Shown: positions 8,439 to 16,881 of the stretch, piece after piece | Layout: each line of letters opens with the position of its first letter | Numbering within the stretch: the stretch's first letter is position 1 | Sequence record: SRR31156797_4018 | Reading direction: 5' to 3' (one strand) | Length of the DNA: 20,000 nucleotides | The notes under the pieces: model-generated | Told to the model about the DNA's origin: nothing | What the model saw: only the letters and a program-made list of their open reading frames with translations | Database searches by the model: none | Position numbers and translations under genes: made by a program

Positions 8439-11400
8439 TTAAAATGAGCTTAAATCATCCGGACGAAGAACGCCAAACCATTTAAGGGTTTTTTCTCCAA
8501 CGCCGGGAACTTCTATATGAATAATATACATTCCACCTGCAATTGGTACTTGATAATTATTTTTTAGATCCCATTCAACAATTGTTGAGCTGTTATCTTT
8601 TTCAAATGTTTTAACCAATGTACCAGCCATATTGTAAATTCTAATACTTGCCTTCTGAGGTAAGTTAATAATCTTTACAATGTATTCAAGTGGAGCACTT
8701 TCATAACTATTACCTCCATAGTATGGATTTGGTACCACATTCACTGACTCTAAGGCATCCTCTGCAACAGATTTCACATTAGTTTGTGGTACTAAATTAT
8801 CCAATGAGAATTTATATAATGGATAATTCTCATTAATTGGATTCGCAACTGCATTCACGTCTTTACCAACAACAAGTGGTTTTGCAACACGTAATTCGAT
8901 GCGCAACTCATTGTCAGGCATATCATCGTATGTACTAAATTGATATCCAGTTCTTGTGTAAGGAATAGCTGTCCATGCGATATAATTAACATACTTAGGA
9001 GTATTTTCTTCCAATTTATCTCTTAGATAGAAAACACCTTTAGTTTCATCATTATCTGTATATGGAAGCATATGACTACCATCTTTTAGGTTTGCTTCAG
9101 AGGCAAATACATAAATAAAATGTTTACCTCCAAAGATTGTATTGTCATCCTCAGAAACAATATCTTCAACAGGATTCCATAACATATCGCGACCATTGTA
9201 ACCAACTAACCATGAACTTTCTCCGAATGCCATCATTAGACGACGTCCGTTATCTACGTCAATAGCATATCCTGGGAACCAACTCCAACCTTCACCACTT
9301 ACAAAGTTAGGATCGTTTGGATTAGTAGAACCAACAGTTGTTGTGGCTGGATTACCATCCTTATCAAGAGAAGGAGATTTTCGTAAATCAAATTTTAAAG
9401 CTCCACCCTCAGAAACAGGGTTAATAACACCACCTGTATCAGCAATTGTATTATCAGAGGTTTCAAATACCGGAACGCGTGTCCACTTACTTCGATCTTT
9501 AGTAATTACAATGTTTACACTAGGTACGGTTACACCAAATGAGTTTGTTGGCCATGTACCCGCAGCAACTTTTGCTCTGGATGGCCCGTGATTTTGATAA
9601 GAAGCTAATCTGTATGGAGCCCACTTACCAAATAATATATTTTCATAAATCTGATCTGGATCAACCCATTCCGTAATATCATTCCACTCACTGGCTCCTG
9701 TATATGAAGAACTTCCTGATCTAATCCAGTTAAATCTTGAAATACCATCTTCATCAGCTACAAAGTCTAACCAAGGCTCTTCAGGATTCTCATAAGTAAT
9801 ACTTGAACCAACATATCCATTCTGAATACTAGTTCCCTGAAGGTGTTCAAATCCTGCACCAGGCACTTTCAATGGGTATTGGAATTGTTCTATTTCAATT
9901 GAAATACCAAGATCATCAAATACAACCTCATTTTTATTGCTAATGAAATCAGGAGATATCGCAAGTGTATCTAAACCTCCTAAATCATTTTCTTTAGCTA
10001 TAAACCATTTACCATCTGCAATATAACCCCAAAGTGGTTGAGCGTTATATCCAAAAGGAGGAAGGTTAATATCCGGGTTAACGATGTTTGGTTCGATACC
10101 AACATAATAAGTACCAGCACTTACACTAAATGGATCAACAACTTTCACATTTAATGGTCCAGCATTTGGTTGATATTCTACCTCAAAGTCAATTCCATCA
10201 TTATAATATGTCATTATACTGTCTTCTAAACCATCTGCTAATTTTAGATAAGCACGACCATTTCCTTCTCCTTCGATTTTTGTAACTGCAGGTTGATCTC
10301 CATATTCAGCAAAAAGTTGAGTACCTCCATTTTCCATATTATTTGGATGAGGAATTACTTCATGAATCTTGATTGCTCCACTTACTCCTTTACGACTTCC
10401 TAAATATGGTTGTTTTTGTCCATCCAATGCAGTACTATCCGTTTGGATATATGGTGCATATTCATTGTGAGAATAAGCAACCGCTACAAAATAATACTTC
10501 TTATTATTCACAAGTCTGTCAGAGTTTCCTGTAGAGAATAGGTCCTTAGTTACTGAAAAAGTATGTTGAATACCATTGTTACTGGCTTCAACCATAACTT
10601 CAGGAATGTGTCCATTAATATCAGCATCAAACTCCCAGTTAACTAGGTCACCAATATCATCTTTAAGGTCGCACTGGAAAACAAGCTGAGAAAAATTAGA
10701 ATTTCTAAGGTTTTCAAGTGAAACAGTTGGATCAACAACCTGATATACCTGATATCCCTGGAATTTATATGTATTCTCTGCATAATTCACAAGGAATGGA
10801 TCTGCTTGTTCATATTGTTCAAGGTAGTTATTAGATTCTACCGGGTTACTTAAATGGAAAATTAATTGCTTATCCATTTCGATAACACTCAACTCTGGAG
10901 CATCAGGACCATCAATTAATTGGAAACATTGCTCAAATAATGTTTGTGCTTTATCGTCAGCTTTTTGCACAGCTATTACACTGGCAAAAGGATCTGATTC
11001 ATAAGCTCTAGCCCAAACAGCTCCAGTAGTAATATCGTTCACATTACCTGGCTCCAAAGTAAAAGGCCCGGCAGACTGCACAAATCGTTGATCAGCAGGT
11101 GTACCATCAGCTGTGGCTTGCGTCCAGTTTAAATCAGCTGGTGTATTTCCACGTGTTCCCCAGAAACAGTCATTATCTGTTTCACCAGGAAACATAAAGT
11201 CTGACTGCAAAGGACCGTCATCATGACCAGTACCACCGTGAGTCATTGGCTTACCATTTTTCCAATAACCTCTTAAGTATTGGTAATAATCCTGTGCAAT
11301 ATCAGGGTCACCATAATCACCACCACCACGTGTAAAGTATAAGAACCTTCTCATACCCCAACGTTCGTTGTCAGCAATACCATCACCAAAGTTAAGACCG

Positions 11401-12626
11401 TTAATATTTCCATTTTCAAAAACTGCTTCCTGACTTTGAATTGAATCGGTAATTCCATCACCATCAACATCAACAAAACCTTTATCACATACTAAAGTAC
11501 CATCAGGACTATAACTTGATAAATCATCCTGGAATGTTTTGTCTTTATAAGGGCCCTCAAAAAAGTCAATACCAATAGCAGGAGGGAAAGCTCCATAACC
11601 TGCAGGGTTAGCATCTGGATCATCAGTTGCATCACCATTATAAAGGTAACCTAATCCTCTTTTTACATCACAACCAGTATAATCATCATCAGAATAACCT
11701 AAATCCGCATCACTCCATACTCCAAAGAATGCTTCTTTCAAAGTATAAGTTGATCGGTTGATAATTTGGTAATTATAGAATGTCATATTATTCAGCTCAT
11801 CATTTGTTGCAAAAGCAAAAGCCTGAGCTCTAAATTCCATTCCAATTGCTTCGCCACCTGTTTCACCGTGAACATTACCTCTATCATTATATACCCACCA
11901 TAGCGTTGCATCTCCGAATAATTGCATATCCTCGTTATCCAAACTATCAGCAATACTTTCAGGAACAGAGTTACAATCGTAGTTAGCGCTATTGAAAATA
12001 TAATATGGATAATCACCATTTGAAGGTAAGTATGAACCATCACCATCAACATCTTTAAAAGGTGCGAGGTAATAATCATACTGATCCTCGGTAGGACCAT
12101 GTGCAGGCCAGTTTGTAATTACTTCTGGTCGGGTATACTCGGGATTATCATAATTAGAGATAAATTCGGTAACCATCTCACGAGTAACATAATAATGTCT
12201 ATCGTATCTGGTACATATTTCAGGCTCCACATTACCCTGGTTTTCACCACTTTTCACTAAAGGTCCAGGATAAAAATCCACACCATTCTGACGGAATTTG
12301 TGTCCGGCAAATCTTAACTGTCCGTTAGTATCAGTACCTCCTACCCAAATTGATCCGGCAAAAAGAGCACTAACATTACCATCTTTAGGCACATAATATC
12401 TGGCTGCTGTAAAATCCCACCACATATCACCACCATTGTGAATCATCGCCTTTACATTATTATACTCCAGATATGTACTAGAGGTAGGTGGTAAACATCC
12501 TGCTCCAACAGTCTTGATACCTTTCTTATTTCCCTTTTGTTCAGTTTTATCATTCCTGGCAAAGCCTGATAGAACTGATAAAGAGAATAAAACTATCAAT
12601 ATCGTTATAATATTTAGTCTTTTCAT
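8439..12626 (-). CDS. Large secreted protein with a C-terminal T9SS type A / FlgD-Ig-like sorting domain; function unknown
   Basis: Sec signal MKRLNIITILIVLFSLSVLSGFA (ATG at 12626; the ORF track starts at 12650). Asp/Gly/Tyr-rich body with DxDxDG motifs. C-terminus VNVVPNPY...IRIYNMAGTLVKTF...WDLKNNYQVPIAGGMYIIHIE matches CTD motifs. Confidence 0.8.
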   Translation of the reverse strand: MKRLNIITILIVLFSLSVLSGFARNDKTEQKGNKKGIKTVGAGCLPPTSSTYLEYNNVKAMIHNGGDMWWDFTAARYYVPKDGNVSALFAGSIWVGGTDTNGQLRFAGHKFRQNGVDFYPGPLVKSGENQGNVEPEICTRYDRHYYVTREMVTEFISNYDNPEYTRPEVITNWPAHGPTEDQYDYYLAPFKDVDGDGSYLPSNGDYPYYIFNSANYDCNSVPESIADSLDNEDMQLFGDATLWWVYNDRGNVHGETGGEAIGMEFRAQAFAFATNDELNNMTFYNYQIINRSTYTLKEAFFGVWSDADLGYSDDDYTGCDVKRGLGYLYNGDATDDPDANPAGYGAFPPAIGIDFFEGPYKDKTFQDDLSSYSPDGTLVCDKGFVDVDGDGITDSIQSQEAVFENGNINGLNFGDGIADNERWGMRRFLYFTRGGGDYGDPDIAQDYYQYLRGYWKNGKPMTHGGTGHDDGPLQSDFMFPGETDNDCFWGTRGNTPADLNWTQATADGTPADQRFVQSAGPFTLEPGNVNDITTGAVWARAYESDPFASVIAVQKADDKAQTLFEQCFQLIDGPDAPELSVIEMDKQLIFHLSNPVESNNYLEQYEQADPFLVNYAENTYKFQGYQVYQVVDPTVSLENLRNSNFSQLVFQCDLKDDIGDLVNWEFDADINGHIPEVMVEASNNGIQHTFSVTKDLFSTGNSDRLVNNKKYYFVAVAYSHNEYAPYIQTDSTALDGQKQPYLGSRKGVSGAIKIHEVIPHPNNMENGGTQLFAEYGDQPAVTKIEGEGNGRAYLKLADGLEDSIMTYYNDGIDFEVEYQPNAGPLNVKVVDPFSVSAGTYYVGIEPNIVNPDINLPPFGYNAQPLWGYIADGKWFIAKENDLGGLDTLAISPDFISNKNEVVFDDLGISIEIEQFQYPLKVPGAGFEHLQGTSIQNGYVGSSITYENPEEPWLDFVADEDGISRFNWIRSGSSSYTGASEWNDITEWVDPDQIYENILFGKWAPYRLASYQNHGPSRAKVAAGTWPTNSFGVTVPSVNIVITKDRSKWTRVPVFETSDNTIADTGGVINPVSEGGALKFDLRKSPSLDKDGNPATTTVGSTNPNDPNFVSGEGWSWFPGYAIDVDNGRRLMMAFGESSWLVGYNGRDMLWNPVEDIVSEDDNTIFGGKHFIYVFASEANLKDGSHMLPYTDNDETKGVFYLRDKLEENTPKYVNYIAWTAIPYTRTGYQFSTYDDMPDNELRIELRVAKPLVVGKDVNAVANPINENYPLYKFSLDNLVPQTNVKSVAEDALESVNVVPNPYYGGNSYESAPLEYIVKIINLPQKASIRIYNMAGTLVKTFEKDNSSTIVEWDLKNNYQVPIAGGMYIIHIEVPGVGEKTLKWFGVLRPDDLSSF

Positions 12627-12655
12627 TGTATTATAATTTATTCTTCTCATAAAGA

Positions 12656-15600
12656 TTAGAAACTTAGCATTAACCCAACCGTAAATCTTCTGGGCATATT
12701 ATAAAAGTTTGGGTTATCCATGTACAATCTGTAGAAATTAACATAAGAATCAGGACTATTCTGATCATTAATCTCATTTTGATTACCTGCAAATGTTAAA
12801 TATCCATTATCATCTGGGTTTCCAGTAGTTTCGTAAACGCTAAGAATATTCTGAGTATTCAAAACATTACTGATATCAGCATATACATTTAAGACAAGAT
12901 CTTTACCACTATCATCATCGGTTTTTCCAATCTTAAAGTAAAAATCTTTATCAATTCTCATATTCATAGTAGTACGCCATGGTAATTGAGATCCATTGAT
13001 ACGTCCAACTAATGAATTAGTTGCTATATCTCTAAAGGTATACGGTGTACCTGAACCAGTATTGAGCACGATGTTAACTCCCGCATTTGATAATATATCT
13101 TTACCAAATAATTTTGGGCCATTGTACTCATCTCCGTCAGCAAACCTATAATCTAAAGTAAACACAAAACTATGAGGTCTATCAAAGTTAAGAGGATTAA
13201 TTGTTCTTAAGTTTGGCTGACCAGCTTGCACAAGTGCAAGAGCTGTTGTTGCATCTGATCCTGTACCTTTTGCAAATTGCAATGTATATGAAGCTCGTAA
13301 CGAAACATTATTGGTTCTACGTAAGTCAAATGTTGTTGTAAAACCTTTTACAGTTCCAAAGTCAAGGTTGTCATAAGTTAAATAATTAACCGGATAAGCA
13401 CCTTGAATATTTCTTACCTGAACCATATCACGCATTTCACGATAGAAAGCAGAGATTTTTAATGAACTCGTTTTTCCTAATTTTTGTTGGAAACCTAATT
13501 CGTAATCAATTGTTTTCTCTGGTTTCATATCAGGGTTATTCATTAGAGAACCCTCATTAGAATAAATATTCAGATAATCTATATATTCTAATCTTGCTCC
13601 GTCACTTGGTCTTTTAGTTAAAATATCATAATGTGCAAAGAACAATGCTTCATCAGAAATTGGGAAAGAGAAAGAAATACGAGGCATTAAAACTAATTGT
13701 GGATCATAATCAGTGAATGCATCCAAGAATGAATCATCACCAGCTTGAGTATTTTCAGTATCTTTCAATAATGGTTGAATTCCTTTACCACCTTCAATTG
13801 TAGTTGGATCGTTTGTTTCCTGACCATCAGCAGTATACCAGTTATCACCATCTCTAAATCCAGTGATTACTAAATCAGTGGCTGTGAAATCTTCAACATA
13901 AATTACTGATCCATCAGGAATAGTTGATATTGAAGGCATTCCATCTTCTCCAGTTCTGTATGCATCAAAGAATAAGTATTTATCTTTTAATACCTTTTGG
14001 TTTAGGTCATAATAGTCTAAACGAAGTCCAACGTTAAATACAATATCTTTGAATTCAAATTTATCCTGAATATAACCAGCAGCATAAATAGGTTGATAAA
14101 CCGGAATCTCTCTCTTGTAACGAGTGTTTCCTGCTCCGTCAACAAATGTTGCAGTAAAGAAATCATTAAAAGTTACATCAGTTCCAATTTTATCACCTTC
14201 GTGATTAAATCCGTAATAACCTACATAACTATTTCCATTGTTGAAAAGCTCATCAGCTGAGAAATATGAAATATCAATATCTTCAGGATCATATCCATCA
14301 ATATTTACCCATTCATCTTCTGCAATACCGTGTTCTTGACGGAAATTGTAATCAAAATAATATTGATTCGCTGTAGACACCAACCTTGGAAAATTTACTG
14401 TATCGTTAAAAACAGGGTTACCATATGGGTCAGTAATTGGATCACCATTCATATCGGTAACAACTCCAGGAATTGGATTATTCAGGTCTAACTGAGTAAT
14501 ATGATCATTCATATAACGACGTCCAAGTGTCCAAAGTCCAATTGGGTTTACATTATAAGATCTATCAAATCTCATTTCAACCTCAGCACCAGCGGAAATG
14601 GCATGGTCGCCTATATCCATTGAACCTGATGCAGTAAAACGAGCCTGACGGTTATCATATTTCCAATATTGATTAAAAACTGTACCAGGAACTGAAATTT
14701 GTCCTAAATCCTGCAGAATAATAGTATTCATGAAATCCCCATTTTGGTAACCACCTCCAAGAATTAGGTCAGTAGTAGTTGGGAACCCAGCAATAATATT
14801 GTTATCAGGATTATAGTTTTCATAGTATAACTCATTGTACCTTGCTGCTGCAGGAACATATGAACTTGAAATAATTGTATCAAGCGTTTCAATAAATCCA
14901 TTATGAATATATCCTGTGTATCCTGATGCAGTATCCATACCATAAGCGTATGAATTTACTGAACGAATATTAAAATCTCCATAATGTCCATATTTAAACA
15001 AGTCATCTTTGAAATCTTCATGCTCTCTTGTAAAAAACTCCTGTGTCCAGTCTACCTGAACTGTATAATAGATATTTTTTAGTAGAGACGCTTTTTGGTC
15101 TTCAGAAACCTCTGCATTTTTAAATCTGTGTGTCCAACGACCAAAAGCACGCCAGGTTAAATTTCTGGATTGTGGATTTTCATCTGAATTCATAAATTGA
15201 TAAGATCTAACAAAGTTTGAAACCTTACTGTAGGTAAAGTTACCACCAACAGTAATGTTAGCACCTTCGAAAGGTTTTATATCAATTTTTCCAGAGAAGT
15301 TACCTCCCCAACTTGCTACATTCTCTCTGGCATGAATCTTTTCAAAATCAGAATTTGTAAGATATTCAGCCCGTAGCACTGTAGAAGGTGAATATGGATC
15401 TGGAACAATTGGATTTTGAGTTAAATCATCAATTACATTATCCTTAACTTTCCATATATCAGTACCAAAAGGTCTAGGGTCTTTAGTATATGTTACCTCA
15501 GCTGATAAGAAATAACCAGCGATTGGATTTTTTGTAACTTTAGTTGGATCGTTAGGATCAACAACTTTCTTTGAGTATAAAGGACCTGAAATACTAACTG

Positions 15601-16339
15601 CAGCAAGGTTATCAGAATAACCATCAACAGAAGTCATCAACTCGGCACTTCCAAAGAATTTTCTTGAAGGCCCTTTAGTTGTAATACTAATAATACCACC
15701 GGTAGCATCACCATATTTGGCTGCTAATCCACCAGTAACAACTGAAACCTCCTCAATAGCTGATTTAGGTAAACCTTTAGAACCACGAACTTTAATACCA
15801 TCGATATAGTAAGTTGTGGCCTCTTCACGGGCACCCCTAACTGATTTCACTTCTCCGTCTTCCTGGTAAACACCTCCCACTGTGGCTGCAACAGACTCAG
15901 CTGAACGACCTGACATTTTCTCAATATCTTCAGCTGTCACAGTACCACCAGATTGGGTCTGGTCTTTACTAATTAACGGAACTTTGTACTCGACAACTTC
16001 GATTTCATCCAGTTTTATTGATGTCTCAGCGACCTCAATATCCATGAACCGGGTTTTATCGGCATTGATCAGTACTCCATTAATTTGCTTTTTCTGGTAC
16101 CCCACTGAGGAAACAAGCACGGTAAATTTACCAGCCGGAATTGGCTTTAAAGTATAATTACCGTCAAAATCAGTAGTAGTACCAGCAACTTGATTACCGT
16201 TTCGCTCAACAACAATGTTAGCAAACGGTACACCGTTACCGTCTGTATCCTTTACAGTACCCTTAAGAGCCCCGGATTGGGCATATAATGTACTAACGGA
16301 AAACAGTGCAAGAACTACATAGAGTATCTTTCTTAACAT
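12656..16339 (-). CDS. TonB-dependent receptor with an N-terminal carboxypeptidase-regulatory-like domain (non-SusC type)
   Basis: Signal MLRKILYVVLALFSVSTLYA|Q (ATG at 16339; upstream GTG at 16345). N-terminal GALKGTVKD...PFANIVV...TTTDFDGNY...SSVGYQ domain; plug motif IEEVSVVTGGLAAKYGDATGGIISITTK; barrel motifs YIQDKFEF...NVGLRLD and NPDMKPEKTIDYELGF; terminal Phe (PRRFTVGLMLSF). Confidence 0.92.
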   Translation of the reverse strand: MLRKILYVVLALFSVSTLYAQSGALKGTVKDTDGNGVPFANIVVERNGNQVAGTTTDFDGNYTLKPIPAGKFTVLVSSVGYQKKQINGVLINADKTRFMDIEVAETSIKLDEIEVVEYKVPLISKDQTQSGGTVTAEDIEKMSGRSAESVAATVGGVYQEDGEVKSVRGAREEATTYYIDGIKVRGSKGLPKSAIEEVSVVTGGLAAKYGDATGGIISITTKGPSRKFFGSAELMTSVDGYSDNLAAVSISGPLYSKKVVDPNDPTKVTKNPIAGYFLSAEVTYTKDPRPFGTDIWKVKDNVIDDLTQNPIVPDPYSPSTVLRAEYLTNSDFEKIHARENVASWGGNFSGKIDIKPFEGANITVGGNFTYSKVSNFVRSYQFMNSDENPQSRNLTWRAFGRWTHRFKNAEVSEDQKASLLKNIYYTVQVDWTQEFFTREHEDFKDDLFKYGHYGDFNIRSVNSYAYGMDTASGYTGYIHNGFIETLDTIISSSYVPAAARYNELYYENYNPDNNIIAGFPTTTDLILGGGYQNGDFMNTIILQDLGQISVPGTVFNQYWKYDNRQARFTASGSMDIGDHAISAGAEVEMRFDRSYNVNPIGLWTLGRRYMNDHITQLDLNNPIPGVVTDMNGDPITDPYGNPVFNDTVNFPRLVSTANQYYFDYNFRQEHGIAEDEWVNIDGYDPEDIDISYFSADELFNNGNSYVGYYGFNHEGDKIGTDVTFNDFFTATFVDGAGNTRYKREIPVYQPIYAAGYIQDKFEFKDIVFNVGLRLDYYDLNQKVLKDKYLFFDAYRTGEDGMPSISTIPDGSVIYVEDFTATDLVITGFRDGDNWYTADGQETNDPTTIEGGKGIQPLLKDTENTQAGDDSFLDAFTDYDPQLVLMPRISFSFPISDEALFFAHYDILTKRPSDGARLEYIDYLNIYSNEGSLMNNPDMKPEKTIDYELGFQQKLGKTSSLKISAFYREMRDMVQVRNIQGAYPVNYLTYDNLDFGTVKGFTTTFDLRRTNNVSLRASYTLQFAKGTGSDATTALALVQAGQPNLRTINPLNFDRPHSFVFTLDYRFADGDEYNGPKLFGKDILSNAGVNIVLNTGSGTPYTFRDIATNSLVGRINGSQLPWRTTMNMRIDKDFYFKIGKTDDDSGKDLVLNVYADISNVLNTQNILSVYETTGNPDDNGYLTFAGNQNEINDQNSPDSYVNFYRLYMDNPNFYNMPRRFTVGLMLSF

Positions 16340-16381
16340 AATCACTTATTTTTATTTAGAACTATCCGTTTTTTGAAAGGG

Positions 16382-16414
16382 TAAATATATATATTTAATA
16401 CCCATTAATCCAAA
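16382..16414 (-). promoter_or_regulatory. Candidate promoter for the TBDR cassette, overlapped by a 16-bp palindrome
   Basis: The minus strand reads TTTG(16414-16411)-N21-TATATTTA(16389-16382), one mismatch from TAnnTTTG. TAAATATATATATTTA (16382-16397) is a perfect palindrome. Confidence 0.45.
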
Positions 16415-16452
16415 TAATGACTAAGAAAAATTAACAAGCAGCTAACAATTAA

Positions 16453-16881
16453 TTAAAATTGTTTGCGATTAATTATTGCAGAGTAGATGATGGCTTTTTT
16501 ACCATCAAATTTTCTCTTTTTCTTTGTCTTTTTTTGCTCCATATGGTTATAGATTTCATTCTCTGTTATTTCAGAGATTTTTTGGTCAGAAATATTTTGA
16601 CCGGGTGGATCATTAATTGAAGTTGTTTCTCCCATAGCTGTTTGTTTTGAAACGTTAGTATTAATATTTTCATATTCCTCAAAAAGGAAATTATCAACTG
16701 TATTCTCTTCAGAAATACTATAGTCACCAACCTTTACTTCGTCATTCTCCTCTTGTTCGAACCAATCTTCTATAACTGGTTTTGATTCGCCTTGCGATTG
16801 TTTTTTTCTTCCTAGGGCGCTTATCAATAAAGCTCCTAATCCGATCAATATAGTAATTATAGTCTCTAAATAATCCTCCAT
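16453..16881 (-). CDS. Membrane-anchored hypothetical protein (N-terminal TM, acidic low-complexity linker, short C-terminal helix)
   Basis: MEDYLETIITILIGLGALLISALGRKK is a TM segment followed by basic residues. C-terminus FDGKKAIIYSAIINRKQF. Confidence 0.75.
   Translation of the reverse strand: MEDYLETIITILIGLGALLISALGRKKQSQGESKPVIEDWFEQEENDEVKVGDYSISEENTVDNFLFEEYENINTNVSKQTAMGETTSINDPPGQNISDQKISEITENEIYNHMEQKKTKKKRKFDGKKAIIYSAIINRKQF

Noticed and set aside
7759-16157. Small ORFs 7759-7956, 9343-9591, 11792-12100 and 15882-16157
   Set aside because: Nested in or antisense to the large cassette genes; their composition is typical of shadow frames.
12656-16339. Classical SusC/SusD polysaccharide utilisation locus
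   Set aside because: The downstream gene is not a SusD-like lipoprotein (no lipobox, has a CTD), SusC signature motifs are absent, and there are no CAZymes or HTCS/ECF regulators nearby.
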